A DNA stretch of 64,000 nucleotides, taken from the NCBI GenBank assembly GCA_951812955.1, contig OX638340.1, forward strand, positions 1-64,000. Reading direction: 5' to 3'. Shown here in pieces: positions 7,989 to 17,898 of the stretch (the first letter of the stretch is position 1; each line of letters begins with the position of its first letter). This DNA is from an uncultured Gemmatimonadota bacterium (GTDB lineage Bacteria > JAAXHH01). The notes beneath the pieces are model-generated. The model was not told the DNA's origin. It saw nothing but the letters and a program-made list of their open reading frames with translations, and searched no databases. Both the position numbers and the translations under genes were made by a program.

Positions 7989-8045
7989 GCGGCCCGGTCC
8001 GATGTCCGGGCGACCCGGTCCGATGTCCGGGCGACCCGGTACCGG
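7989..8045. repeat. Tandem repeat, 21 bp x ~2.7, each unit able to form a GCCCGG/CCGGGC hairpin; possible operon terminator
   Basis: gcggcccggtccgatgtccgg (7989-8009), gcgacccggtccgatgtccgg (8010-8030) and gcgacccggtaccgg (8031-8045). It lies 15 nt after the stop at 7974. Confidence 0.85.
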
Positions 8046-8156
8046 CACCCATGATTTCTGTTGCGCATTGCCATGGCCCGCTGTTATTTACTGAACCGTT
8101 CATTTCGGTCCCGGCCCGTGACGTCGGGACAGGGCGTACACGCGTAATGGAGTCCC

Positions 8157-9134
8157 ATGCAAGCCATCATCCCCGTTGCGGGCAGCGGAAGCCGGTTGCG
8201 CCCGATCACGCCAGGAACCCCCAAGGCCCTGGTTCCCGTCGCGGGGAAGCCGGTGCTCGAGTACATCCTCGAACAGATTGCCGGCCTGGGCATCCGCGAG
8301 GTCATACTGGTCATCTCCCCCTCGGGGGACGCCATCCGCGGCTTTGTCGATCAACGTGATGAGCTCGAGGCCCGGTACGTCGTACAACGCGAGCCGCTCG
8401 GGATCGGTCACGCCGTGTATCAGTGCCGCGGCCTGCTGAATGACGGCCCCGTCCTGGTCGTACTGGGCGATATAATCTACCTGTCGGACTATTCCTTCCT
8501 GGGCAAAGAACCGCCGGGCCACGCTATCGGCGTAAAGCGCGTATCAGGCGATCTTACCGGGTACGGGCTGGTAGAAGTCTTGGACGGGCGGATCACCCGG
8601 CTGGTGGAGAAACCCGATCATCCCATCTCCAATACGGCGATCGCCGGGATCTACTATTTTTCCAGGTCCGGTCCGCTCATGGATGGACTGGAGAACCTTG
8701 TCAAGTCAGATCGAAGGACCCGAAACGAGTATCAGCTAACGGACGCGCTGCAGTGGATGGTGGAAAAGGGCGAGCATCTGTCTCCCTTCGACGTCGACCA
8801 CTTGTACGACTGCGGCACGCCGGACCGTCTGCTGGAGGCCAACCGGCGGCTTCTGGACCTGAACGGGGGGAACTGCAGCATACCGGGCAGCGTCATCATA
8901 CCGCCCGTCGACATCGCCTCCGGCGCCCGGGTGCACCGATCCGTCGTCGGTCCCCACGTCGCCATCTCGTCCCGGGCCTCCGTCGTGCGCACCGTCGTAC
9001 GCGACGCCACCATCGGAACCTGCGCCCGGATCGAAAACTGTGATCTCAGGCGTTCCGTCGTTACGCCGCACGCCGTGTTGGCCGACACCGTAGAACGTGC
9101 ATCGACCGGCGCGCGTTGCGCGGTTTATGTCTGA
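8157..9134 (+). CDS. Sugar-phosphate nucleotidyltransferase (NTP_transferase N-domain plus left-handed beta-helix C-domain)
   Basis: The N-terminal signature 'IIPVAGSGSRLRPITPGTPKALVPVAGKPVLEYIL' is typical of glucose-1-P thymidylyl/uridylyl/mannose-1-P guanylyltransferases. The C-terminal half has hexapeptide-like repeats. Sugar specificity cannot be determined. Confidence 0.8.
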   Translation: MQAIIPVAGSGSRLRPITPGTPKALVPVAGKPVLEYILEQIAGLGIREVILVISPSGDAIRGFVDQRDELEARYVVQREPLGIGHAVYQCRGLLNDGPVLVVLGDIIYLSDYSFLGKEPPGHAIGVKRVSGDLTGYGLVEVLDGRITRLVEKPDHPISNTAIAGIYYFSRSGPLMDGLENLVKSDRRTRNEYQLTDALQWMVEKGEHLSPFDVDHLYDCGTPDRLLEANRRLLDLNGGNCSIPGSVIIPPVDIASGARVHRSVVGPHVAISSRASVVRTVVRDATIGTCARIENCDLRRSVVTPHAVLADTVERASTGARCAVYV

Positions 9135-9192
9135 CCATGTACCGATAACCGATCGTCCCCGATCCTCAGGCAGTTCATTAGGAGCATGACAC

Positions 9193-10335
9193 ATGACACC
9201 TGGTTACCTCTTTACTTCCGAATCCGTTACCGAAGGCCATCCCGATAAAGTCGCAGACCAGATCTCCGACGCCGTATTGGACTCCGTCATCGAGCAGGAC
9301 CCCTATTCCCGGGTGGCCTGCGAGACCTTCGTCACTACGGGCCTGGTGCTTGTCGGAGGGGAGATCACGACAGACGGCTACGTGGACGTGCAACGCGTGG
9401 CGCGCGAGACCGTCAAGTCCATCGGTTATACGGACTCGGGATTCGGGCTGGACTGGGAGTCCTGCGGCGTGGTCGTTTCCCTCGACCAGCAATCGGCCGA
9501 TATCGCCATGGGGGTGGACCGGGAGGGCGCCGGCGACCAGGGCATGATGTTCGGCTACGCGACCAACGAGACCCCTGAAATGATGCCTCTGCCCATTACC
9601 CTCGCCCACCGGCTGACCCGCAACCTCGCGTCGATCCGGAAGGACGGCGTTGCGCCTTACCTGCGTCCCGACGGAAAGTCACAGGTCACGGTGGAATACG
9701 TGGACGGCAGTCCCCGGCGGATCGACTCTGTGGTCATCGCCGCCCAGCACGACCCGGACGTCTCCGGCGAGAAGATCAGGGAGGACATCGTCAACGAGGT
9801 AATCGGTCCCGCGCTGCCGGCCGAGTTGGTTGACCCGGGCCGGATCAAGTACCACGTCAACGCGACCGGCCGTTTCGTTACGGGGGGACCGCAGGGCGAC
9901 GCCGGCCTGACAGGCCGGAAGATCATCGTGGACACGTACGGCGGCTACTGCCGCCACGGCGGCGGAGCCTATTCGGGCAAGGACCCGACCAAGGTGGACC
10001 GCTCGGCTTCCTATGCCGCGCGCTACGTCGCCAAGAACGTCGTCGCGGCGGGTCTGGCGGAGAAGTGCGAGATCCAGCTCGCCTACGTCATCGGCGTGGC
10101 CGAACCGGTTTCGGTCAATGTAGATACCTTCGGCACGGGGACCGTCGACGACCTGGAGATCACGCGCCTGATCCGCAAGCACTTCGACCTGACGCCGCAG
10201 GGCATCATTGAGCGTCTCGACCTGAGGCGGCCGATATACCGTCCCACGGCTTCCTACGGCCACTTCGGACGGAACGAGGCGGGTTTCACCTGGGAGCAAT
10301 GCGACAAGGTGGAGGAACTCAGGAACCACGCCTGA
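9193..10335 (+). CDS. metK: S-adenosylmethionine synthetase
   Basis: '[24 protein letters not shown]', '[12 protein letters not shown]', '[16 protein letters not shown]' and '[17 protein letters not shown]' are canonical MetK motifs. AGGAG lies 9 nt upstream. Confidence 0.97.
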   Translation: MTPGYLFTSESVTEGHPDKVADQISDAVLDSVIEQDPYSRVACETFVTTGLVLVGGEITTDGYVDVQRVARETVKSIGYTDSGFGLDWESCGVVVSLDQQSADIAMGVDREGAGDQGMMFGYATNETPEMMPLPITLAHRLTRNLASIRKDGVAPYLRPDGKSQVTVEYVDGSPRRIDSVVIAAQHDPDVSGEKIREDIVNEVIGPALPAELVDPGRIKYHVNATGRFVTGGPQGDAGLTGRKIIVDTYGGYCRHGGGAYSGKDPTKVDRSASYAARYVAKNVVAAGLAEKCEIQLAYVIGVAEPVSVNVDTFGTGTVDDLEITRLIRKHFDLTPQGIIERLDLRRPIYRPTASYGHFGRNEAGFTWEQCDKVEELRNHA

Positions 10336-10352
10336 GCAGGAAGGGGCTTGGT

Positions 10353-10388
10353 CCGTGAACGCGTTACTGCGGGTGACCGCGTTCACGG
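10353..10388. terminator. Perfect 11-bp inverted repeat between convergent metK and lptG; candidate bidirectional terminator
   Basis: CCGTGAACGCG (10353-10363) pairs with CGCGTTCACGG (10378-10388) around a 14-nt loop. There is no clear U-tract, so intrinsic termination is not assured. Confidence 0.45.
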
Positions 10389-10401
10389 TGTCACGGGGGT
10401 C

Positions 10402-11484
10402 TCATTTCGGCGCCCTGACCAGCAGAATCAGGGCGAGTAGTCCGAAGAGCGCGTTGGCGCCCCATGCCGCCGCCATGGGCGGGAGCAATCCGGCGTGACC
10501 GAAGGCCTGGGCAAATCGGAGCAGTCCCCAGTAGACGAAACAGATCCCGATACTCAGGGCAAATCCCACCGCGACGCCGCCCCGTCTCAGATGGGAGGCC
10601 AGCGCGCCGCCCAGCAGCACGATGATCAGACCCGCGCCCGGAAATGCGATCTTCAGGTTGAGGTCTACCAGGTAGCCCTGCACGTCTCCTCCTCCCCGCC
10701 GTACGTTCTGAATCAACTGGTCGAGTTCGCCGTAACTCATCTCCTCGGGGCGTTTCTGCCCTCGCAGGAAGTCCTCCGGCGTCTCGGACCATCCGTCGGG
10801 TTCCAACTCGGCGAACGAGGTGTATTCGGACAGTCCGCCTCCAACCAGAAACTGTCGTTTAACCCCGTTGAAAAGCAACCAGCGCCCATCCATCCAGACG
10901 GCGCGTTCCGCCGTGAGGACGCTGGTGACGGAGCCGTCGCGGAACTCGGTGACGTGTATCCCCGTGCCCTCCTCGATGCGTCCGTTGAAAACGCGGATAT
11001 AGATCTGGCGCCCTCCATCTCCCCTGAAATACACATCGTACCGGATGTGTTGCCCTGCGCCGCCTTGCATGTCCACGTGTTCCGATTTGATTTCGGCACG
11101 TTTCATGCTCGTGTGGGGAACAAGCCATTCACCGGCCCAGAACAGGCATGCGCATACCACCACGCTGACGAGGAGCATCGGCCGCAGCAACCGGTACAGG
11201 CTGAGCCCCGATGCTTTCATGGCGGTCAGTTCTCCCAGCCTGGTCAGCTGGCCGAAGGTATAAAGACTGGCGAGCAGCAGACTGACAGGAATCGTGAGCA
11301 CGAAGATGTAGGGCATGTAATAGACGTAGTAGAGCGCGATATAACCCGGTGCCACGTTGCGGTCCAGGAATCGGTCCAATTGCTCGATGAGATCGACCAC
11401 GAAGAAGATGCTGACGAAGGCGACCAGGCTGACGGCGATGGCGGTAATGAACAGGCGGAGTACGTACCGGGTGATCAGGGACAT
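10402..11484 (-). CDS. lptG: LPS export ABC permease, LptG-like (YjgP/YjgQ family)
   Basis: 360 aa. The architecture is 3 TM, a periplasmic beta-jellyroll region and 3 TM, and the protein begins 'ITRYVLRLFI'. It is paired with a second YjgP/YjgQ gene 37 bp upstream. Confidence 0.8.
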   Translation of the reverse strand: MSLITRYVLRLFITAIAVSLVAFVSIFFVVDLIEQLDRFLDRNVAPGYIALYYVYYMPYIFVLTIPVSLLLASLYTFGQLTRLGELTAMKASGLSLYRLLRPMLLVSVVVCACLFWAGEWLVPHTSMKRAEIKSEHVDMQGGAGQHIRYDVYFRGDGGRQIYIRVFNGRIEEGTGIHVTEFRDGSVTSVLTAERAVWMDGRWLLFNGVKRQFLVGGGLSEYTSFAELEPDGWSETPEDFLRGQKRPEEMSYGELDQLIQNVRRGGGDVQGYLVDLNLKIAFPGAGLIIVLLGGALASHLRRGGVAVGFALSIGICFVYWGLLRFAQAFGHAGLLPPMAAAWGANALFGLLALILLVRAPK

Positions 11485-11521
11485 GAAGTAGCGTTCCTCT
11501 GGTGATTTCGACGCAATGACG

Positions 11522-12748
11522 TCAGATGCGATCCCTGCCGCTGACCCAGACCAGGACGGCTCCGGGTACGCCTATGACGATGTTCGCGGCCCACATCGCC
11601 CAGACTGGATCGATCAGATCGCGGTCCGCCAGTTCTTCGCCGCCGAGCAGGCAGGCCCAGTACAGGAGGAAGAAGCAGAGGCTGACGCCGACGCTCACGC
11701 CCATGCCGCTCCGGCGGATACGCACACCCAGCGGCGCGCCGATCAGCACGAAGACGAGACACGCCGCCGAAATGGCGTACTTTTTGTGGATTTCGACGAC
11801 GTAGCTGTTCTTCTGCCGCTGCCTCAACGAGATCGTCCGCTGCGCTTTGGCCCTGGCCGCTTCGATGGAATCTGTCTTCGCCTGCGAGTGAACCGGCCCG
11901 GGTACAAGACTTGCCGCGACCTCGTCGATCTCCAGTTGCCATTCATCGATTTTCGCCTGCATCATTTCAATGTTCAATTCGCGGTCGCCCCGGGTTCCCG
12001 CCTCCGACCGCTGGACGCCGCTGGGCGCGGTGCGAATCGAAAACCGCTGCCGCTCGAAGACCTCTTTGAAATACCGCCCCGTAGACTCGTCCTGTTGAAG
12101 GAGCTCTCCGTCATAGAGCATCAGGTTGATCCTGCTGCCCGTCTCGTTGACGTGAAACTCGCCCGACCTGGCCGTCATGATGCGCGGGTAGCGCAGGTTC
12201 TCCGTTTCGTAGATGGTGATGCTTTCAATCTCATTGTTCCTCGGATTGACCCGGTCGATCAATATGCTGTATCCCGGAATGTCCTTCATGAATATGCCTG
12301 CGGTGAAAAGCAGCGTGGGACGGGCGCGGTGGATATCGTTCATGAGCGAACGGGCCCGGTAATTGGCTTCGGGCAGGATGACGTCCATAAAGTACAGGTG
12401 ACTGCCGCCAAGGAGTATTCCCAGAACCAGCACGGGTGAGACCATCTGGTAGAAACTGACGCCGCCCGCCTTGAACGCCGTGACTTCGTTATCGGCCGAA
12501 AGCCGGCCGAAAGCCATGAGACTGGCGACCAGTACGGACATGGGAATCGATACGGCGACGATCCAGGCAAGGTTGAGAAAGAAAACCTCGAGCACGGTAA
12601 GCAGTTCGAGGTTCTTGCCTATGATGAGGTCGGCAATCTGAAATATGATGTCCATCACGAGGATGAACGTGATGATCACGAATGAAAACAGAAAGGGCCC
12701 GACGTGCGCTTTAAGAACGTATCGGTAGAGGTGAACCGGGAGGGTCAT
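11522..12748 (-). CDS. lptF: LPS export ABC permease, LptF-like (YjgP/YjgQ family)
   Basis: 408 aa. It begins 'LYRYVLKAHVGPFLFSFVIITFILVM' and has the same TM / periplasmic domain / TM layout. Assignment of F versus G rests on gene order only. Confidence 0.75.
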   Translation of the reverse strand: MTLPVHLYRYVLKAHVGPFLFSFVIITFILVMDIIFQIADLIIGKNLELLTVLEVFFLNLAWIVAVSIPMSVLVASLMAFGRLSADNEVTAFKAGGVSFYQMVSPVLVLGILLGGSHLYFMDVILPEANYRARSLMNDIHRARPTLLFTAGIFMKDIPGYSILIDRVNPRNNEIESITIYETENLRYPRIMTARSGEFHVNETGSRINLMLYDGELLQQDESTGRYFKEVFERQRFSIRTAPSGVQRSEAGTRGDRELNIEMMQAKIDEWQLEIDEVAASLVPGPVHSQAKTDSIEAARAKAQRTISLRQRQKNSYVVEIHKKYAISAACLVFVLIGAPLGVRIRRSGMGVSVGVSLCFFLLYWACLLGGEELADRDLIDPVWAMWAANIVIGVPGAVLVWVSGRDRI

Positions 12749-12929
12749 GGGCCAATCCGGTGGAATACGGACCGGGGCAGGGTGTTCCGACGAGTTCGGT
12801 GCCGGGCATCGTCGACGATAGTTTCGATGTTATTGATGGTCCCTCGACTATATGAATATACCGCGTGGTATCGAGGGGAAGCAAGCTGTTTTATACTGAG
12901 CGACGCTCCCGATTTGCCGGGAATTTCGC

Positions 12930-12958
12930 TTGACTTGCCGTACGTGCCGCGCTATACT
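12930..12958 (+). promoter_or_regulatory. Sigma70-type promoter for ssb: TTGACT - 17 nt - TATACT
   Basis: TTGACT at 12930-12935 and TATACT at 12953-12958, with exactly 17-nt spacing. AAGGAG at 12979-12984 lies 8 nt before ATG 12993. Confidence 0.6.
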
Positions 12959-12992
12959 CATTTCATTCATTTACAGATAAGGAGCATCCTTG

Positions 12993-13430
12993 ATGGCCAG
13001 TTTAAACAAAGTCATTCTGATCGGTAATCTCGGCGCTGATCCCGAAATGAGGTACACGCCTTCCGGCCGGGCCGTGGTCAATTTCCGCATGGCCACTACG
13101 CGCCAGTGGAACACGCAGGACGGAGAACGGCGGGAAGAAACGGAATGGCACCGGATCGTAGCCTTTTCCAAACTCGCGGAGATCTGTGGCCAATATCTCA
13201 AGAAAGGCGCTCCGGTGTATGTTGAAGGACGGCTGCAAACCCGTTCCTGGGAGGATCAGAACGGGATGAAGCGATATATGACGGAGATCGTAGCGAACGA
13301 GATGCAAATGCTGAGTGCCCGCCAGCAGAGCGAGGTTTCATCGGACGCGCCCGGTGGAATCGGAAATACCGCGACGGAAGAGCCGCCTTCTTCGCCAGGG
13401 ACCGATTCCGACGACGACCTTCCGTTTTGA
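12993..13430 (+). CDS. ssb: Single-stranded DNA-binding protein
   Basis: '[34 protein letters not shown]...EWHRIVAF' is an OB-fold, and the acidic tip 'DSDDDLPF' is the canonical SSB C-terminus. Confidence 0.95.
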   Translation: MASLNKVILIGNLGADPEMRYTPSGRAVVNFRMATTRQWNTQDGERREETEWHRIVAFSKLAEICGQYLKKGAPVYVEGRLQTRSWEDQNGMKRYMTEIVANEMQMLSARQQSEVSSDAPGGIGNTATEEPPSSPGTDSDDDLPF

Positions 13431-13499
13431 CGTCATTCGAGGGATAGTCCGTTTTCGCAGCCGGTTGATCCATACATCGTGGGCCAGTAGTGAGAACCC

Positions 13500-14198
13500 A
13501 TGACCGTTAGACTTAGCGGCAACGGACTTCCTCGAATAACGATCCTTATCGCCCGGCAGGAACCCGTCGATTCGCTGATCAGGTGGCTTCGCGGCGCGGG
13601 TTACCCTTTGACGGAACTGCGTTACACCGTCGTCGAAGACCTCCACGCCCGAATTCCCGATTCGGACATCCTGCTCTTCCATACGGATCGTCCAAGTTCG
13701 GACCTCCCCATTGTGATGGATGAATTGAAGTCTCGGCAGATACTGCGGGCTCCCGCGGTCATTGTGCTGACCGGCTGCGATGCCATCGGTGACTTGGACG
13801 TAACCCGTGGAATCGACGATTTCATTTGCGCGCCATACGATATCCGCGAGTTCGACCTGCGCATCAAGAACGTCCTCTGGCGCCGGCACAGCGTGCGGAT
13901 TCAGGATATGATCGTCTGGGGCGACCTGCTAATCAACCTGGGCAACTACGAAGTCACGATCCGGGGCAAGTCGATCGACCTGACGCTCAAGGAATACGAG
14001 TTGCTCAAGCACCTGGCCAGGCACCGGGGGAGGGTGTTCACCCGGGATGAACTGCTGACGGCCGTATGGGGATATGATTACTTCAGCGGTACGAGGACGG
14101 TGGACGTGCACGTGAGGCGGCTGCGGATGAAGATAGAACGCCACGGCGTTCATATCATCACGACCGTCCGGGGGGTCGGGTACAAGTTCGGAGACTGA
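13500..14198 (+). CDS. OmpR/PhoB-family winged-helix regulator with a degenerate (pseudo-)receiver domain
   Basis: The C-terminal 'LTLKEYELLKHLARHRGRVFTRDELLTAVWGYDYFSGTRTVDVHVRRLRMKIE...ITTVRGVGYKF' is a standard OmpR effector domain. The N-terminal ~120 aa have the receiver layout but lack key residues (see findings). Confidence 0.8.
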   Translation: MTVRLSGNGLPRITILIARQEPVDSLIRWLRGAGYPLTELRYTVVEDLHARIPDSDILLFHTDRPSSDLPIVMDELKSRQILRAPAVIVLTGCDAIGDLDVTRGIDDFICAPYDIREFDLRIKNVLWRRHSVRIQDMIVWGDLLINLGNYEVTIRGKSIDLTLKEYELLKHLARHRGRVFTRDELLTAVWGYDYFSGTRTVDVHVRRLRMKIERHGVHIITTVRGVGYKFGD

Positions 14199-14199
14199 A

Positions 14200-15942
14200 A
14201 TGCGCAGGACCGCGTTGATCATACTTACATCCGCGTGCGTGATTTTCGGGTGCGCGTACTACAATACCTTCTACAACGCCAGGAAAGCGTTCAAAGAAGG
14301 GGAGCGCATTCGGCTCAGTCAGCAGACGCCCGACGGCGGCTTGCCTCCACAGGCCATTGCCTCCTACGAACTCGCGATCGAAAACGCGGGTCTTGTCCTG
14401 CGGGACCATGCGGGAAGTTCCCTGGTCGACGACGCATTGGTCCTGATCGGCGACGCACTGGCGATCCAGGGGCGGCACGAACAGGCCGTTAAGAGATATC
14501 AACAAGTCCTGAGGTTGTTCCCGGACAGCGAATTTACCGGCCACTGCGTTTTTTCACTCGGTCTCGGCTTGCTCAACGCGGGTGATTCCACACGGGCAGA
14601 TGAGCTGCTGGATCGCTTCGTTCGCGAATATCCCGGCAGCGACCGAATCCCGGACGCCTTCATGCTGCGGGGGAAGATCTCCTTCGGCGGCGCCCGCTAC
14701 GAAGAGGCCGTCTCGCGGTTTCAAGATATTCTGGAACAGCATACGAGCCACGATATGAAAGCGGAAGCCAGGTACTACATCGCACGGTCCAAGCTGGAAC
14801 TGAGTCTATACGCCGATGCAAGGGAACACCTGGAACAAGCCATCGAGCAGGCCCGGTCGAACAGGTTGAAATTTCAGGCCAGTTTCATGCTGGGTGAAAG
14901 TATGCGGCGCGAAGGGAGTATTACCGGCGCGCTGGAGGTGTTCGAATCGCTGTTGGATCTGCGCGCCTACCGAGATTACCACCCCGAGGTCATGCTGGCG
15001 ATGGCGGCCTGCCTTGCCGAACTGGACCGGCATGAAGCGGCCGTTTCCAGGTACGAGTCCGTCATTTCGTTATACGAATCAGACCGAAATCACGCGGAGG
15101 AAGTCTCGCGTGCCATGTTCGAACTGGGGGAATTGTACCGGATCGCAGGCGACCTGGAGTTGGCGGAACAAAGGTACGCCGACGCGCGGCGCGCGAGTCC
15201 GCGTTCGTTCTGGGTCGGTGACGAGTCCGATCGCAAGTTCCGAGCCATCGGTGAACTGCGTCGTCTGAGCCAGAACCTTGGAAACATGCAGGTCGCGTTG
15301 GAATCGGTCAGACCTTCCGGCGATACCGAATCGACAAGCCCATCGAACTTCGCGAAGTTGATGGATAGCGTGATCGGGCTTCGATTCCAACTGGCTGAAC
15401 TTTATCTGTTCAGATTGGAGATGGCCGACTCGACATTGAGCCAGTATCGTGCCATAGAAAAGGAGTCGGCCGATCCCTCCATGGCCGCCAAGGCGGCCTT
15501 CGCGAGGGCCTGGGTACTCGAGGAAATATTGAAGGACAGGGTAAACGCGAGATCGGTCTATGACGCCATCGCCGTGCTGTATCCCGGGACTGCTCACGCC
15601 GTGGAGGCATCCATCGCACTATCGAAACCGATTGAAGGCGAACTTCCTCAGGACCGGCTGTTTGCGGAGGCGGAACGGCTGCTTTTCGAAGCGGACCAGC
15701 CGGACTCCGCGCGTGGCCTGTACGAACTGGTCATTCGCCGGTATCCGGATGGAGCATTCGCGCCGCGTGCGCTCTTTGCCCTTGGATGGCTCGCCGAGAC
15801 GCGTTTCGACGATCCGGAAACGGCCCTCGGACACTTCCATGAAATCGTGGAACGCTATCCCGGGTCGGAACAGGCGGAGTCCGTCCGCGACAAGATTCGC
15901 CTCATGGAAGAACTGCGTCCAGCGGCGGATCCGGACAAATGA
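14200..15942 (+). CDS. TPR-repeat lipoprotein (580 aa)
   Basis: ATG 14200 lies 1 nt after the regulator's stop. The signal with lipobox-like 'LTSACVIFGC' is followed by many 34-aa TPR-like units, for example 'EQAVKRYQQVLRLFPDSEF' and 'YEEAVSRFQDILEQHTS'. Confidence 0.75.
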   Translation: MRRTALIILTSACVIFGCAYYNTFYNARKAFKEGERIRLSQQTPDGGLPPQAIASYELAIENAGLVLRDHAGSSLVDDALVLIGDALAIQGRHEQAVKRYQQVLRLFPDSEFTGHCVFSLGLGLLNAGDSTRADELLDRFVREYPGSDRIPDAFMLRGKISFGGARYEEAVSRFQDILEQHTSHDMKAEARYYIARSKLELSLYADAREHLEQAIEQARSNRLKFQASFMLGESMRREGSITGALEVFESLLDLRAYRDYHPEVMLAMAACLAELDRHEAAVSRYESVISLYESDRNHAEEVSRAMFELGELYRIAGDLELAEQRYADARRASPRSFWVGDESDRKFRAIGELRRLSQNLGNMQVALESVRPSGDTESTSPSNFAKLMDSVIGLRFQLAELYLFRLEMADSTLSQYRAIEKESADPSMAAKAAFARAWVLEEILKDRVNARSVYDAIAVLYPGTAHAVEASIALSKPIEGELPQDRLFAEAERLLFEADQPDSARGLYELVIRRYPDGAFAPRALFALGWLAETRFDDPETALGHFHEIVERYPGSEQAESVRDKIRLMEELRPAADPDK

Positions 15943-16090
15943 TGCGTTGACATCCGGCCCGGCCGGCTGTATCGTAGAGGAGCGAAAGCTGGAAGGCCAT
16001 GCGGTCCGGCAATGATGCGAATCCATGGAACTGGACGATCCGCGGTATCCGGATGCGACCTGAATCCCGTCCGCCTCACAGCAAGCGAGC

Positions 16091-16951
16091 ATGTCGACCA
16101 TCCCCATCTGCCAGTATGACGCCGAGATCCTGTCCAACCGTCAAATCGGTCCCGGTCTTTACTGGATCGACCTGCTGGCACCCGAAATCTCACGCCACGC
16201 CCAGCCCGGTCATTTCGTACACCTGATCGCTTCCGACGTCTCGAAGGACAGCAGCAGGCAGACCTGGCTCCGTCACACCCCCCTGCTCAGGCGCCCCTTC
16301 AGCATTGCCGAACGCGATCCAGAAAAAGGCGTTTTCGGACTCATCTACCGGATCGTCGGCGGCGGAACAGAGATCCTCGCCACACGGCGCGAAGGAGAAC
16401 GCGTAGATGTACTCGGTCCGCTGGGAAGGACATTTGAGCCGATACGCGCGGGACGGCCGGTGATCATGGTCGCGGGCGGGGTCGGGGTAGCGCCCTTTCT
16501 CTCCCTGGCACAGGAGACGGTAAGAGATGGGCGGTCGGACCCGGCGGAAATGACGGTGCTGTTCGGCGCGGCGACGGCTGGCCTGTTGAGCGGGGAAGAG
16601 AAATTCCGCCAACTGGGGGTCGACGTCAAGCTGGCAACCGACGATGGCACGACCGGTCACCACGGCCTGGTGACGGATATGCTGGAACGGGAACTTGCCC
16701 GGTCGCCCCGGCAGTGCGCTTATCTCTATGCCTGTGGACCCACGCCCATGATGCGGCGCTGCCAGGCAATCGCCCGGGAGGCCGGTATCGACGGACAGGT
16801 TTCCCTGGAGGGGATCATGCCCTGCGGCGTGGGGGTCTGCATGGCCTGTGTCGTTCCCTGCGTCATCCCCGGCGATCGATCGTCACCCCGCCGCTACGAG
16901 CGGGTTTGCGACACCGGTCCGGTTTTCGATATGGAGGAGGTCGTGTTGTGA
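16091..16951 (+). CDS. pyrK: Dihydroorotate dehydrogenase B electron-transfer subunit
   Basis: It has an FAD/NAD-binding ferredoxin-reductase fold ('RRPFSIA', 'GGVGVAPF') and a C-terminal 2Fe-2S motif 'CGVGVCMACV'. It sits directly upstream of pyrD and overlaps it. Confidence 0.85.
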   Translation: MSTIPICQYDAEILSNRQIGPGLYWIDLLAPEISRHAQPGHFVHLIASDVSKDSSRQTWLRHTPLLRRPFSIAERDPEKGVFGLIYRIVGGGTEILATRREGERVDVLGPLGRTFEPIRAGRPVIMVAGGVGVAPFLSLAQETVRDGRSDPAEMTVLFGAATAGLLSGEEKFRQLGVDVKLATDDGTTGHHGLVTDMLERELARSPRQCAYLYACGPTPMMRRCQAIAREAGIDGQVSLEGIMPCGVGVCMACVVPCVIPGDRSSPRRYERVCDTGPVFDMEEVVL

Positions 16952-17898
16952 AGGCACAACCCGATTTATCGGTTAGCATCGGAGCGCTGAAACTCAGAAA
17001 CCCCGTCCTCGCCGCGTCGGGTACCTTCGGATACGGATCTGAATACGGCCGGTTCGTGAATCTCTCTGACTTCGGCGGAATCGTCACCAAGACACTCACG
17101 CCGGAACCCTGGCCCGGCAATCCTCCACCGAGGGCCGCGGAAACGGCCGCCGGCATGCTCAATTCCATCGGACTGCAGAACGTGGGCGTAGAGGCTTTTG
17201 TCCGGGACAAGATGCCGTATCTGAGAAAAATGGATACCGCGTTAATCGTCAACGTGGGCGGGGGGCCGGTCGAGGAATTCGTCTACGTGACCGAACGCCT
17301 GTCCGACTGTGAAGGCATCGATGCGCTGGAGATCAACATGTCCTGCCCAAACGTGTCGGGGGGGTTGGACTTCAGCACCGATCCGCGGCGCGCGGGAGAA
17401 CTCGTTTCCGCGCTGCGCAGCATCACGGACCTGCCGGTCATCGCAAAACTCACGCCGAACGTTACGGACGTCGGGGAAATCGCCCGCAGCGTCGAAGATG
17501 CCGGCGCCGACGCGATATCTGCAATCAACACGCTACGTGGCATGGCGGTGGACATCCGCACGCGCCGTCCCGTACTGGGCGCAGTCACGGGCGGTCTTTC
17601 GGGGCCGGCCATCAAGCCCGTGGCAATAGCGGCCGTTTACCGGATCGCAAGCCAGGTGGACGTTCCGGTCATCGGAATCGGCGGTATCATGAGTGGCGAA
17701 GACGCCGTAGAATTCCTCGTGGCCGGCGCCACGGCCGTTCAGGTTGGAACGGCCAACTTCGTCGAGCCCCGCTCAGGCGCGTCCGTCGCGCGGGAGTTGG
17801 CCGGCTGGTGCGCCGCGTCGGACATACACTCGGTCCGCACACTGATTGGAAGCATGCGGATCCCGTCACAAGAGGACGTTCCATGTCACCCTTTGTAG
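16948..17898 (+). CDS. pyrD: Dihydroorotate dehydrogenase, catalytic subunit (class 1B)
   Basis: Trimmed from ORF 16714 to GTG 16948, which overlaps the pyrK stop. Motifs are 'LKLRNPVLAASGTFGYG', 'GGIVTKTLT', 'NSIGLQN', 'LEINMSCPN' and 'GIGGI'. Confidence 0.9.
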   Translation: MKAQPDLSVSIGALKLRNPVLAASGTFGYGSEYGRFVNLSDFGGIVTKTLTPEPWPGNPPPRAAETAAGMLNSIGLQNVGVEAFVRDKMPYLRKMDTALIVNVGGGPVEEFVYVTERLSDCEGIDALEINMSCPNVSGGLDFSTDPRRAGELVSALRSITDLPVIAKLTPNVTDVGEIARSVEDAGADAISAINTLRGMAVDIRTRRPVLGAVTGGLSGPAIKPVAIAAVYRIASQVDVPVIGIGGIMSGEDAVEFLVAGATAVQVGTANFVEPRSGASVARELAGWCAASDIHSVRTLIGSMRIPSQEDVPCHPL

